Positions 49,588 through 62,715 of a stretch of DNA of 64,000 nucleotides are shown here, piece after piece. The first letter of the stretch is position 1, and every line of letters starts with the position of its first letter. The DNA is taken from assembly GCF_963921235.1 (NCBI RefSeq), contig NC_086097.1, positions 234,796,001-234,860,000 of the forward strand, given 5' to 3'. The notes beneath the pieces are model-generated. The model worked only from the letters and a program-made list of their open reading frames with translations, searched no databases and had not been told where the DNA came from. The stretch comes from Mobula hypostoma (lineage: Eukaryota). A program made the translations under genes and the position numbers.

Positions 49588-50076
49588 CAGTGCTGTGCCA
49601 AAGTTTAGGTATAATATGTATAAATATCTCTCTCTCTGGCTAGGGTACATAATACTTTTAAATTGGTCAACGTGAATTGGAGACTGAGTTTGTAAATCTG
49701 ACGGGAATGTTGGGGGTGAAATGCTGCAGAAGGAGTGTGGGGCAGGAGACAGACAAAGAGTGCCGGGGCAGGGGTGCCATGGGAACCAGCCCTGAGACAC
49801 CAGGCAAGGTTGTTTGTCTCCAACCAATTGGTTTATTGATCATTACAAGGTGCTTCCTGCTCCCTCCCCCTCCCCTTCCCTCTTCCAAATCTTCTCCCCC
49901 TCTCAGTTCACAGTACAAACCCGTATCAAAATCAGGTTATCAGCACTCGCATATGTCATGAAATTTGTTCTTCTTTTGCAGCAGCAGTACTGTGCAATGC
50001 ATAAAATTACTATACTACTGTGCAAAAGTCATAGGCACCCTATCTACATACAAGTGCCCAAGACTCTTGCACTGTG
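49588..50076. mobile_element. Composite mini-MITE element, most complete copy (opposite orientation to 36838-37612)
   Basis: TA|cagtgctgtgccaaagtttagg..gctagggtacataatactttt, then cargo, then tactgtgcaaaagtcataggcaccctatct..gtgcccaagactcttgcactgtg|TA. Confidence 0.75.
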
Positions 50077-50343
50077 TATCCGTTTGAGTAGGTGTTGTTA
50101 AGTGTGGCACATAATGAAAGAGAAGCACCTGGGAAATGTGATTTTTGCCAGTTCCTGGTTCCTCCAACAACAAGTTTCATGCTGAGAGCAGCTGAATTGG
50201 TGATGTATTTGAAGCTGCCACCATTTATCTGGCTTGTTGGATGAACTCCAACCTGGAGACTTGTTATCGGAGGTGCAACAGTGTGGTGAGTATGCAGGAA
50301 TAATAGTTCAGGGAAAGCCACACTACTTTTATTGATGGCAGTG

Positions 50344-50455
50344 AAGGCTGGGTTCTGAGTTGGATGATCAGCCTTGATCATAATAAATGGCGGTGCAGGC
50401 TTGAAGGGCCGAATGGCCTACTCCTGCACCTATTTTCTATGTTTCTATGTTTCTA
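50344..50455 (+). mobile_element. CR1 family A, 3' UTR and tail only (~110 bp)
   Basis: gggttctgagttggatgatcagcc...ggtgcaggc..ggccgaatggcctactcctgcacc..ttctatgtttctatgtttcta. Confidence 0.92.
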
Positions 50456-50774
50456 AATGGCTTTTGAGACTATCAACTCGAAATGTAAGACTTCCAATTT
50501 TTACAGAAGGTTATTACCTTAAACAATTATCAAAAAATTTGAAATGAGTGATTGGAAAGCAGAACTCTGTAAACATGTGGTATGAAATTGGAACTAGATG
50601 GGTGAATAGTTTAGCTCATGGGGGAGCTGTGGAGCCGACTCGATGGGCCGAATGGCCTACTTCTGCTCCTTTGTCTTGTGATCTTGTGATTCTGAACATG
50701 GGGTCAGAACTTCTATCTTTTTTTTCCATAATGCAGAATTCTACTTGTGAAAGTTAGTCATTGCAAGCAATTTA

Positions 50775-51280
50775 GTACAGTTTTAGTCACCTACGTACGG
50801 GCAAGATATAAATAAGGTTGAAGGAGTACAAAGAAAATTTACAAGGATGTTGCTGGGACTGAAGGACCTGAGTTATAAGGAAAGATTGAATAGGGTAGGA
50901 CTTTATTCCTTGAAATGTTGAAGATTGAGAGGAGATTTGTTAGAGGGATACAAAATTACGAGGATAGGATAAATGCAAGAAGGCTATTTTCAACTATGGT
51001 TGGGTAGAGGTCATGGATTAAGGGTGAAAGGTGAAAAGTTCAAAAGGAATATGAAGGGAAGCTTCTGCATTCAGAGTGCCGTGAGAGTGTAGAATGAGCT
51101 GTCAGCTCAAGTGATGCATATGAGCTTGATTTCAACATTTGACAGAAGTTTGGATAAGTACATGGATGGTAAGGGTATGGAGAGCGATGGTCCTGGTGCA
51201 GGTAGATGGGAGTAGACAGTTTAAATTGTTTGGAACTGACTACATGGGCTGAAGGGTCTGACATTCTCTATGACTCCATG
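50775..51280 (+). mobile_element. Old CR1 3' fragment
   Basis: VQF.SPTY..DINK.E.VQRKFTRML.GL.DLSYKERL...RLRGDL remnants. Confidence 0.75.
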
Positions 51281-52527
51281 AAAGAAAAGCAGTGCTTATT
51301 AAAATGTTTTACGTCCTTTTTAAAATGGCAAATGTTCTGTATAATCATGGAAAGGAAGGGACAATCAGCAAAATCAGAACAGGTAATGAACAGTCTAGCT
51401 TAGTTCTTAACATTACATTTTGGGTTTCAACCATTGCTAATACAACTGCAGAAATTCAGGGATAGTATATGCTGAGATTACAGTAGACACAAGGTGAGCA
51501 CACACAACGAAAGTAATATGAAGCAATAGATCTCTGCAGGAGGCTTAGGTATCTGGACTTACAGAGACTAGTCCACAGGTTGTGAAATCAATTCAGTGTT
51601 GAGGTGAGTGCAGTTATCCACGCTGGTTCAAGAGCCTGATGATTGAAGGGCAATAACTCTTCCTAATCATGGTGGTGTGAGAACTAAGGCTTTTGTACCT
51701 CCTTTTCAATAGCATCAGTGAGAACAGCGCATGGCCTGGATGGAGGAAGTCCTTGACAATGGAAGCTACTTTCTTGTGAAAGCATTCCTTGTAGATGTGC
51801 TCAATGGTGGGCAGGGCTTTACCTGTGATGGACTAGTCTGCATCCATTACTTTTTATAGACTTTTGTACTACTTCATCATGGTCTCTTTTATTTTCCAAC
51901 TTAACATTGCCAGCAAACTATCCATTTCTAAATTATTTATATCGGCAGAAATCATGAGATTTGACACAGGTCTGTTAGACATCATACTAACTGAACCCTA
52001 CCAACCTAGAAAATATCATACTATTCATTCTCTGACCCCAAACATACTTCTGTGTGGCTACATGGTCTTTAATACCATGTTCCCAACTGCCTAAGACACG
52101 ATCCTTTTCTCGTACCTTGTCAAAATCATTGTAAATATTCATTAGTACATCATCAACTGTATTTTTTTTTCATTTATATGCTCTTTAACTTCTTGAAATA
52201 AATCAATTGGCCCAGCACAACCTACACCTTGCAAGCCAAATGTTGACTGCTTCTAATTACCACAAGCTTTTCTAAGTGTTGGGTAATTTCATCCTGTATA
52301 ATGGAAGCCACGTCCTCTATTTCCCAAGGCTCTGCTGAAAACACAAAGCCTTTCCTTTGACTCTGGTTAGAAAAACAGATTGCTCAAATGAACAAAGTGA
52401 TTTGTTTGAGCTCACATCCTCAACAACAATAAATCATAGCAAAGCTCCCATGAATCTCTGGGGAATCTCAAACTCATTTATTATGAACTTATATGAAATA
52501 TAAAATAAAGATATATAAAAATATTGT

Positions 52528-52775
52528 AAACATGGGAGATTCTGCAGATGCTGGAAATCCAGAGCAATATATATAAAATGCTGGAGGAATTTAGCAGGTC
52601 AGGAAGCAATCTATCTAAAAGAATGAACAGTCAACATTTTGGATTTCTTATTCTGGCATCTTCCCACTTCCTTTCCAGTTTTTATGAGATGTCTCGGCCC
52701 GAAACATCGACTGTTTGTTGATTTCCACAGATGCTGCCTGACCTGCTGAGGTCCTTCAGCATTTTGTATGTATTG
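52528..52775. mobile_element. Inverted Penelope mini-insertion
   Basis: Minus arm 52528-~52643 and plus arm ~52644-52775. 15-bp TSD atataaaaatattgt / atataaaaatactgt. Confidence 0.85.
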
Positions 52776-53509
52776 ATATAAAAATACTGTGTTCTGTGTC
52801 GTTCTGACAAGCATTGTTTGCATTTTGTGCTAGAATATGTGGTGCCAACTGCAGGCTGCCCCCAGCACTCTCTCGGGCGTGTCAGTTGTACGTTTTGATG
52901 TACTCATGATAAATAAGTGATGGATACAGGTTCAGTTTCAACATTTAAGGGAAATTCGGATAAGTACAGCACATGGATGGGAGTGGTATGGAGGCCTATG
53001 GTCTGGGTGCAAGTTAATGCAGCTAGGCAGATTAATAGTTTGGCATGGACTAGATGGGCCAGAGAGACTATTTCTGCGCTGTCATGAGGAAATCTGCAGA
53101 TGCTGGAATTTCAAGCAACAAACATAAAAGTTGCTGATGAATACAGCAGGCCAGGCAGCATCTCCAGGAAGAGGTACAGTCGATGTTTTGGGCCGAGACC
53201 CTTTGTCAGGACTAACTGAAAGAAGAGCTAGTAAGAGATTTGAAAGGGGAGGGGGAGGAGGAGATCTGAAATGATAGGAGAAGACAGGAGGAGGAGGGAT
53301 GGAGCCAAGAGCTGGATAGTTGATTGGCAAAAGGGATATAAGAGGATCATGGGACAGAAGGCCTAGGGAGAAAGAAAAGTGTGGGGGGAGGGAACCCAGA
53401 GGATGGGCAAGGGGTATAGTGAGGGGGACAGAGGGAGAAAAAGGATAGAGAGAAAAAGAATGTGTATATATAAATAAATAAAGAATGGGGTATGAGGGGG
53501 AAATGGGGC

Positions 53510-54950
53510 ATTAGTGGAAGTTTGAGAAGTCAATGTTCATGCCATCAGGTTGGAGGCTACCCAGACGGAATATAAGGTGTTGCTTCTCCAACCTCAGTGT
53601 GGCTTCATCTTTACAGTAGAGGAGGCCATGGATAGACATATCAGAATGGGAATGGGATGTGGAATTAAAATGTGTGGCCACTGGGAGATCCTGCTTTCTC
53701 TGGTGGACAGAGCGTAGGTGTTCAGTGAAATGATCTCCCAGTCTGCGTCAGGTCTCGCCAATATATAGAAGGCCACATCGGGAGCACCAGACGCAGTAAA
53801 TCACCCCAGCCAACTCACGGGTGAAGTGTCGCCTCACCTGGAAGGACTGTCTGGGGCCCTGAATGGTAGTGAGGGAGGAAGTGTAAGGGCATGTGTAGCA
53901 CTTGTTCCGCTTACAAGGATAAGTGCCAGGAGGGAGATCGGTGGGGAGGGATGGGGGGGAAGAATGGACAAGGGAGTTGCGTAGGGAGTGATCCCTGCGG
54001 AAACCAGAGAGAGTGGGGGAGGGAAAGATGTGCTTAGTGGTGGGATCCCGTTGGAGGTGGCGGAAGTTACGGAGGATTATATGTTGGACTCAGAGGCTGG
54101 TGGGGTGATAGGTGAGGACAAGGGGAACCCTATTCCTAGTGGGGTGGTGGGAGGATGGAGTGAGAGCAGATGTGCATGAAATGGGGGAGATGCATTTGAG
54201 AGCAGAGTTGATGGTGGAGGAAGGGAAGCCCCTTTCTTTAAAAAAAGAGGACATCCCCTTCGTCCTGGAAAGAAAAGCCTCATCCTGAGAGCAGATGCGG
54301 TGGAAACGGAGGAATTGTGAGAAGGGGATGGCATTTTTGCAAGAGACAGGGTGAGAAGAGGAATAGTCCAGATAGCTGTGAGAGCCGGTAGGCATATAGT
54401 AGACATCAGTGGATAAGCTGTCTCCAAAGATAGAGACAGAAAGATCTAGAAAGGGGAGGAAGGTGTTGGAAATGGACCAGGTAAACTTGAGGGCAGGGTG
54501 AAAGTTGGAGGCAAAGTTAATGAAGTCAACGAGCTCAGCATGCGTGCAGGAAGCAGCACTAATGCAGTCGTCGATGTAGTGAAGGAAAAGTGAGGGACAG
54601 ATACCAGAATAGGTTGGGAACATAGATTGTTGCACAAAGCCAACAAAAAGGCAGGCATAGGTAGGACCCATATGGGTGCCCATGGCTACACCTTTAGTTT
54701 GGAGGAAGTGGAAGGAGTCAAAGGAGAAATTATTAAGAGTAAGGACTAATTCCGCTAGACGGAGCAGAGTGGTGGTAGATGGGAACTGGTTAGGTCTGGA
54801 ATCCAAAAAGAAACAGAGAGCTTTGAGACCTTCCTGATGGGGGATGGAAATATATAGGGACTGGACATCCATGGTGAAAATAAAGCGATGGGGGCCAGGG
54901 AACTTAAAATCATCAAAAAGTTTCAGAGCGTGAGAAGTGTCACAAACATA
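53510..54950 (-). pseudogene. Penelope ORF: RT and GIY-YIG endonuclease, disrupted
   Basis: ORF 54090-54872 MDVQSLY..IPH...NNF.F...Q..GVAMG...P.YA...YIDD...FLD. Downstream GVIYCVWCSRCGLLYIGET*RRLGDHF.EH contains a stop. Confidence 0.9.
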
Positions 54951-55403
54951 GGTGGGATCTCCCAGTGGTCACACATTTTAATTCCATGTCCCATTCCCAT
55001 TCTTATATGGTCTCTGCTGTAAAGATGAAGCCACACTCAGGTTGGAGGAACAAACCTTGTATTCTGTCTGGGTAGCCTCCAACCTGATGGCATGAACATT
55101 GACTTCTCAAACTTCCGCTAATGCCCCACTCTCCCTCGAACCCCATCCTTTATTTATTTATATATACACATTCTTTTTCTCTCTCTCCTTTTCCTTCCTC
55201 TGTCCCCCTCATTATACCCCTTGCCCTCCTCTTTTCTTTCTCCCTAGACCTCCTGTCCCATGATCCTCTCGTATCCCTTTTGCCAATCACCTGTCCAGCT
55301 CTTGGCTCCATCCCTCCTCCTCCTGTCTTCTCCTATCATTTCGGATCTCCCCCTCCCCCTCCCCCTCCCACTTTCAAATCTCTTACTAGCTCTTCTTTCA
55401 GTT

Positions 55404-55439
55404 AGTCCTGACGAAGGGTCTCGGCCCGAAACGTCGACT
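55404..55439 (+). ncRNA. Minimal type I hammerhead ribozyme motif (Penelope pLTR)
   Basis: Stem I AGTC/GACT, core CTGACGA, stem II GGG-TCTCGG-CCC, GAAA, palindromic stem III ACGT. Predicted cleavage after GUC (55435). One extra A lies between the core and stem II. Confidence 0.75.
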
Positions 55440-56227
55440 GTACCTCTTCCTTGAGATGCTGCCTGGCCTGCTGCGTTCACCAGCAACTTTGATGTGTGTT
55501 GCCTGAATTTCCAGCATCTGCAGAATTCCTCGTGTATTCACTGAGGACCTCGCTCACTTCCACAGCCTCCAGTGGGCCTGCGTATTAACGTGTGCAGGGG
55601 CCAGACCTCTTCCCCGTCCTCTGTAGTTCAGCCTGAGTCCAAAAGGAGTTCAGAGTGTTACCAGTGAGGAGGCACTACATGAGGCTTGCTTTTGGAGAGG
55701 CAATGTACTGGCAGGGAGAGGCTTACACATTTAGCTTTCCTTTTTGCAAGCTTGCTAACCAGTGGTGGAAGGTGAAAGTGAGAGCATTAACATTATCCAC
55801 TACACTACCACACTAGACCTACACACAACAACCATTTTGACCTTCACAGAATCAGGTTTAAAGGCAGCGAATATAGAGGAGAAAGAGGGAGAGCAAAAGA
55901 GTTTGAGATCTACTGATTATTGCAATTTCAGACTGAAGCAATTGATCCAAGGAGTGATAGTTCAAATTTGTGTTTGGTGTTCAATGCAGAGAATGCTTAT
56001 TGCCCCCAAGAGAATGCTCGACACCCTGGCCAGTAGAAGGGGGGAAGGGTAACAGGGTGAATATATTGCATCTCACATATTAAAGCTGTCTTTTAAAGTG
56101 GGGGGAATCTGTTGATCACTGAGAAGGGATCAGGGTGACTGGAGAAAGTTCAAAGGAGAGGACAGGGGAAGATACATTTGGTGATGGTGCTACAGGCGAA
56201 GTATCTGAAGTATTTGGTGGAGATATG

Positions 56228-56660
56228 TTATCAGGATCAGAATCAGGATCTGGTTTACTATTACAGGCATTTGTTGTGAAATTAATTGTTTTGCAGCAGC
56301 AGTACAATGCAATACATCAAGTATATCATAAATTACAATACAAAATATACATTAAAAATAGTCCAAAGAGAAAGCAAAAGTAGTGGAGTTGTGTTCATGG
56401 GTTCATTGCCCAATCAGAAATCTAACAGCAGAGAAGAAGCTGTTCCTAAAATGTTCAATGCCTATCTTTTGGCTCCTGTACCTCTTCTCCGATGGTGGTA
56501 ACATGAAGAGGGCATGTCCTGGGTGGTGGGGGTTCTTAACGATGGATGTTGCCTTTTCGAGGCATTGCCTTTTGAAAATGTCCTCAATGGCGGGGAGATT
56601 AGTGCCCATGATAGAGCTGGATTAGTTTAGGAAGCTTTGCAGCTTTTCCCAAACCTGTGC
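56228..56660 (-). mobile_element. Old Rex1-like LINE 3' fragment
   Basis: GTNLPAIEDIF..CL.KA.SIVK.PHHPGH.LF...PS.KRY...FRNSFF..AVR. Tail (ctgatt)n-like. Confidence 0.75.
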
Positions 56661-56855
56661 AGTTAAACATGGAGGCTAATTGATGCAAATATCCTTATCC
56701 TTGCTCCAGAAGGACACTTAGAGAAGAGGAAATAGATTGGATATGGTTCCTGCACATCAGAACAGATGAAACAGTGAAAGGAGAATGGACTGGGGATCAG
56801 ATCACTTCCTTCTGGGCCAATGTTTCTATAAAAAGAGAATTTAAATCAACTGAAT

Positions 56856-56978
56856 ACAAGAGATGCTGGAAATCCAGAGCAACACACTCAAAATGCTGGG
56901 GGAGCTCAGCAGGTCAGGCAGCATCTCTTGAAATGAATAAGCTGTTGACTTTTCAGGCCGAGAGCCTTCCTCAGTCCT
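56856..56978 (-). mobile_element. Penelope pseudo-LTR fragment
   Basis: Reverse complement ctgaggaaggctctcggcctgaaaagtcaac...gatgctgcctgacctgctgagctcc. Confidence 0.75.
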
Positions 56979-58379
56979 CTGTGTAATGTTTAATAGTTGA
57001 TTAATAGTCCAGATCGAGTCAAAGGAAGATGTCACTCAGCGTACAGAGGAGTAAAGGTTAGAACACCAGTAAGAACTGGCATTCCAGTTAGCACACTTTA
57101 TAATAATAATGGGCTCGGACCTTAGTGAATGTAATATTGGAGTTTCAAGAGATTCTCAGTGTATCCTAATTGGATTATGCTTCTTTCAGTGGCAATATTA
57201 TTTCTCTATCTTTGCACATTAATATAATGAGCCTCCTACAAAAATTCCCCAAGATACTTGCACATGTCTTAACAGCCCTCTCTGCTGCTGTAAAATTTAA
57301 CACCTGCATTGTCAAAATGAATTTTTCCTTAATTACCTGTGTTGATATCTGTATGGAAGAAATTGTGTTTTTTAAAAAATGTCCTTTAAGCTCCAACAAA
57401 TATTCTGCCTGGAGGGAAAATAACTTAGATTCAAACTAATTTTGTACTCTTCTGTTCCAACAGATAGGTTTAGCAGCTTATAAATCTGTGAACTTAATTG
57501 CTCAGGCAGATGTCAAAAGATTTTGAATGCAGTGAGATATCTCTTTTCATACAACTCCAGTTGTAATGACATTTTAATTGTCAAGGGATTTGATGAGTAC
57601 TTGTTGCCAATTTGATTAAATGAAGCCAGTGAATAAAGTGTTCTCACAAATTTTGAGGCATAACCTATTTTAACTCCTCTGCCATCTGTCTGCTTGCTGC
57701 TGTGAACCTTCCTGTCCGCCTTGCCAGATGTTCCTCTTTTGTGATACTGATATAATGCACCTGGCCCAAACAAAAATACTATATAAATCATTTTAATTCT
57801 TCAAAACATTCTTGAGTTATTTCACAGTTTACATTAGTCATGGATGGGAAATTATTTTACTTTTTGCACCAATATCATATTTCGCAGATTGGAGAAGACA
57901 ATAGGAACAAGATTCCTTCTTTGATAAGCTAGGTAATAGGACAATGTGATATCAACTTTGCTGTGAAATTATTATTTCATTTTAAAGATAATTGATTGCA
58001 GCACTGTTTAAGAGTTAAAAATGTTAAAATATTAATAGTCTTAAAAGAATCATCAACAAATGAATGTGTTTTTTTTTCCATTCTCTACTTAAAAGACTTT
58101 ACCACAGTGGAATTGAAGCCTACCTACTCACTAAAACTGAAGTCCAACTTTGTCAATAAATCTGCTGAGAAATACAATCTTAAAATTTCTGTATTTGGTA
58201 AACTTGCAGAGCCTGTATGCCAATCCTTTAGCAGCTCGTTATGCTTCCCTCTAAAATATCCATATCCAATATCGTGTCTTTGTCTCCCAAGATCCCATTG
58301 ACCTCACTACACTTGGCCGTTTTTCCCTTTATAGCCTTCCACCACAATCATTTTCAGACCATCTCTATTTCTTCCTAAG

Positions 58380-59120
58380 ATCCATTGTGTGGGCTATAAA
58401 GTATGAGTGAACATGGCTGGTAGAACATAATGTGGAAAATTGTGAGGTTGTCTGATTTGGTAGAAAAGAAGAAAGGCATAGTGTCTGTTAAATGTTAAGA
58501 ATGTAAAAGATGTTAGTGTGTTGGAAGACTTGTGCTGGAATCACTGAAGATTAACAGGCTGTCTCTGCAAGCAATTAGGAGGACACTTGGCTTGCTCGCC
58601 ATTATTGCAAAAGGATTTTAGTCGAAGAGGAGGGATAATTTGCTCCAATTGTCCAGACTTCTGGTGAGACAACATGTGGGCATGGATGCTGTGCCTTAAT
58701 GAAGAAGGATGACAAAGGGGGTGTATAGAAGTTTCAGTGGATATGGGTAGAAAACATCACTGGATAGCAGGCTTGTTGTATGAGGAAAGATGAATGGACA
58801 AGGCTTGACTCTCTTGAATTTAGAAGGAGAAGTAATCATGCTGAAACGTATGCAATTCTTAAGAAGTTTGGAACAGCACAATTAATGTTTCTTATGGTAT
58901 AGGAATCTTAAATAACTGTTACAACCTCAATAAGGGGGCAGATATTTAGGACAGAAACATAAAGGAATTTATTCACCAGGAGATTTTACTCAATCCCCAA
59001 CAAGGCTGAAGAAATTTAGTGATGGAGTATTTTCATAAAAGAGATCAACAACTGCATTTAGATTTTAATGAATTGGGGTTAATGTAATGATGTAAAAGCT
59101 TAGTCATGATACGTTGAATA
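58380..59120 (+). mobile_element. Ancient CR1 3' fragment
   Basis: Residual NVE.CEV..FGR, LVR.H and SLEFRR motifs. Confidence 0.55.
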
Positions 59121-60275
59121 TGAATGGTAGATATGAGTACAAAAGATAATAGTCATGGTCCCGACTAAACAGAGGCAGGCATCCAAGTTTCTGCACTCCA
59201 ACTCCCCAGAGTATGTCCAGCTGCTGCTGTCCTTTTAAGACTGATTGCCTGCCACATTCCTTCATGGAAAGTCTGTACTTAAAATCCTTGTGCTGAGCAC
59301 TCTGTGCTCAATCACAGGAGTTCCACTTCTCGTACTACAGTTTGTGATTTTTGCCTTTGGAATTGGTTTGTGTTGTCTTGTTTATTCTGAGTCTGAGTTC
59401 ATTCTGGACCTTACTCTGCACTTGTGTTCATCACCATCTATAGCTCTCTCGTAACAACAATTGGTCCATTGTCTGCTTCTAGGTCTAACAGATTTCATTC
59501 ATCTGCTCTGATTCTTAGTCCCTCCAGACACATTGTTCACTGGCCTTTTAATGATTTTTCTTTACAGCATCATGACCTAACCCTTCCATGTCTAGCTCTA
59601 TCACAGACCTCCTGTTTTGTTCCATCTCTCCCTCTCTCTTTCTCTAAATCTTAAATATGTTCAGTTTCTAACTTTTAATTATTCTGATACATCTTTCTCT
59701 ATAGATGCTACCTGACCTACTGAGTATTTCTAGCATTTAATTCATAATTGAATGGTAGCGAAACTTGGCTGTGCATGACAATGAGCTGCATGATCAGGTG
59801 ATCCTTGGCCACTTAAGTAAAGGAGCATTTGGGTTGTTGAGAACCTTAAATTCATTTATTTGGAGCACACAGGATCCCTGCAAAGGCAGTGGATAAAGTC
59901 ATAAATTACTCGGTGTCCCATCGGTCATCTCCTGTCCCATCTGAGGCAGAGTCTATAGGTCTCATTGGCAACAGAGAACTCATGATATCAAAGTGGATTA
60001 AATTCACCCTTGGTCGCATATACTGCCTAAGGAGGAAAAGGGATTAAGAAAGAACAATTTTACAGAAATATCAATATAAAAAAAGATTGAGATGGAAATA
60101 GAGAATCAATGAATAAACATGACAAATGCTATGGGTAATGATAAGGAGAAGACAGAAATATTCATCACTATTTCACTTGAATATTTCCCCGTTAGGCAGA
60201 ATAAGAGGACAAGACATTGAATTGCGATTAATGATGCATGTAGCTAAGCATTTTAAAAATGGGATACATTAAATA

Positions 60276-60567
60276 CAGTACTATGCAAAAGTCCTAAGTA
60301 TATAATATGCTATGCAAAAGTCCTAGGTATATAATATAGCATGCGTGCCTAAGACTTTTGCAGTTCTTTGTAATTTTATGTATTGTATTGTACTGCTGCC
60401 ACAAAATAAAACAAATTTCATGATATATGTGAATGATGATAAACTTTTGATATGGGTCTCTATTGTGGACTGAATTGAATTGAATTGACTGAGAGTGGGA
60501 AGGGGGTAGGGAAAGGGGAATCATGGTTGGAGAAATGGGAAGGGAGAGAGGAAGGAGTGGAAAGCAC
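60276..60567. mobile_element. Composite mini-MITE element, right-truncated copy
   Basis: TA|cagtactatgcaaaagtcctaag (partly duplicated)..gtgcctaagacttttgca, then cargo matching 37120-37335. Confidence 0.7.
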
Positions 60568-60969
60568 AATAAAGGATAAACAAACTAGAAATACTTTCTT
60601 CTGACCTAAGAAGGTTGAAGTATGACCTAATGGAGGTCTTTAGAATTATGAAGGATTTTGATTAATTAGATGCAAGAAAAACATTTCCAGCTGTGCATAA
60701 GAGCATAACTTGAGGCAATTAATATAGCATGGACATAGGCAATTCAGAATAACTGTCTTCATCGAAAGAGTGGGAAGAAGCTGGAATCTCCTCCCGTTGG
60801 AAGTGTTTCCAGCCAATGGCACAAATGCATTTGAGGTTAAGCTGGACAAGCAGATGATGGAGAAGGGAAGGGTCTCATTGATAAATTTGCCTGAGGTAAA
60901 ATGGAAGAAGGCTTAAGTGGAGTTTACAGGCTGGCATGAAGAATCTTTTACTGTAATTCATGTCCTATG

Positions 60970-61813
60970 TGTCATGTGACCAGCAACAATAAATATCAAA
61001 TTGAAACAGGTTATATTAAACAAACATAAACATTTATTAAACCCTGCTCAACAATAGCAAAAAAATATATTCAAACGACTAACTTAACTGGAAGTTAACT
61101 GCTATATGGCAACTCTGGAACAGTTCTTAAAAGGGTAAATTCAAAAACAGTTCTTAAAGTGGTAAATTCAAAAGTCCAAGTGATTTACACAGTCAATTAG
61201 GAGAGACTTCTCTGGAGAAGGATTTCTTCATAGACGCGACGCTTCTGCTGGTTCTGTCCAAAGGATTCACGACGAAGGAAATACACGGCTTAAAAGGAAC
61301 TGACCTTTTCCTGGCAATCGAACCCTGCATGAAATTTCTTGCTCTTTTGGCAGGAGTTATCTCAGATGCAGGTCACTGTTTCTTGACCAAAGACTCAATA
61401 AGGTTGATCCTTTATGAAACTGCCCAACGACACTAACTTTTCTCAATCCTTTGGGTCCCGTACTTTGATAAAAGTCTTCACTCTTCTATACTGAACTGCA
61501 AAGGTAAAACTAAAACAAAAACCTGGCAGATATTGTCGAAACTGCCAGCACAAAGGTTCTTCCTTAAAATAGCAAGTAAAACTCCGGTTTAAAAATGAAC
61601 TGTGTCATAAGACGAATACGCAGCATAACAGAGTATCAAACGACAACTCAGCTGAAACTAACTGTGTCACACCAGGGGTCTCCCTTTTATACCTGTCGTG
61701 AACATGTCCACATGTGACCTCACATTGGCGGAAAAACTACATCATGTGACATCCACAAAACCATTACATCATCCTCATAAGACAGTCACAAGATACCCAC
61801 AAGGTATGTAACA
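60970..61813 (-). mobile_element. Solo LTR (844 bp, probably Gypsy)
   Basis: TGTCA...TAACA termini with a 4-bp TSD tatg/tagg (one mismatch). Minus-strand TATAAAAGGG at ~61682-61691 and AATAAA at ~61033-61038. Confidence 0.7.
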
Positions 61814-62339
61814 TAGGTGATCCACAATGTGGGTATGTAAAGCCTTGCTGCATTGTACCTTCTCAAAAAGCTCTAACTTTAATAGAAGACATTGCTTGTT
61901 CATCACTTGTGATCATTTAATACACTACTCTGCAAAGGACCAAGTGCCCAATATTACAAACTAAAATTATTTGGTACAAATATGACAACTACTCACATTT
62001 ATAGCAAAACAATGATGGGAATTTCTACTAATCAATGTCTTGCTGAGCTATTTGAAAGTTTTTCACAGTGAATAGTTAAATAAAATATTTCAGTCATCTA
62101 TCATGAAATATATGCTTTGAATTTCTTCCCCCAAATACTTGAACAATCTTGATTTCATAAAATGTCTAAAAAGCTGCTAAATATGCAATAATGCAATAAT
62201 ATTGTGTACTGACAGAATTATTCCACAAATATGTACATTTTGCTACAAGAAAATATATTTAAAAGGACATTAGCCAGAAGTTCAGGCAAAAAAACTAAAT
62301 GTAAACCCAAAAAATGAATCTGTCCATTCATTTCAGTTT

Positions 62340-62713
62340 TGATTATGGTGCTAGTGAAGGACGCTGAATGCATCTTCAATACCTCAGGAATGCGGCGTCT
62401 ATCATTAAGGACCCATATCACTCAGGAAATGCCAATGTTTCATTCCAATACAGGAGTCTGAGGGCACACACTCAATAATTCAGGAACAGCTTCATCTCCT
62501 CTGCCATCAGATTTCTGGATGGACATTGAACCCTGGAACACTATCTTACTACTTTTTTTTTCTCTTTTCGTACTAGTGATTTAATATAACTATATATATA
62601 TACACACACACATACACACACAGTATACATATACTTCTTACCGTATTTTACACTTTCTTATTATTATATATTTCACAACATATGCAAGTGATATTAAACC
62701 TGATTCTGATTCT
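62340..62713 (+). mobile_element. Old Rex1-like LINE 3' fragment
   Basis: LRNAASIIKDP.H...FRNSF..SAIRFL remnants. Tail attaaacctgattctgattct. Confidence 0.7.
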
Positions 62714-62715
62714 AA

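Larger units (their letters stand above)
53083..55535 (-). mobile_element. Penelope-like retroelement, 5'-truncated, with an inverted 5' pseudo-LTR
   Basis: Minus-strand RT, then GIY-YIG, then pLTR. 54952-55535 is an inverted copy of ~53083-53690. Confidence 0.93.

Noticed and set aside
53083..55535. DNA transposon with ~600-bp TIRs
   Set aside because: The inverted arms are Penelope pseudo-LTRs overlapping the GIY-YIG end, and the interior encodes an RT rather than a transposase.
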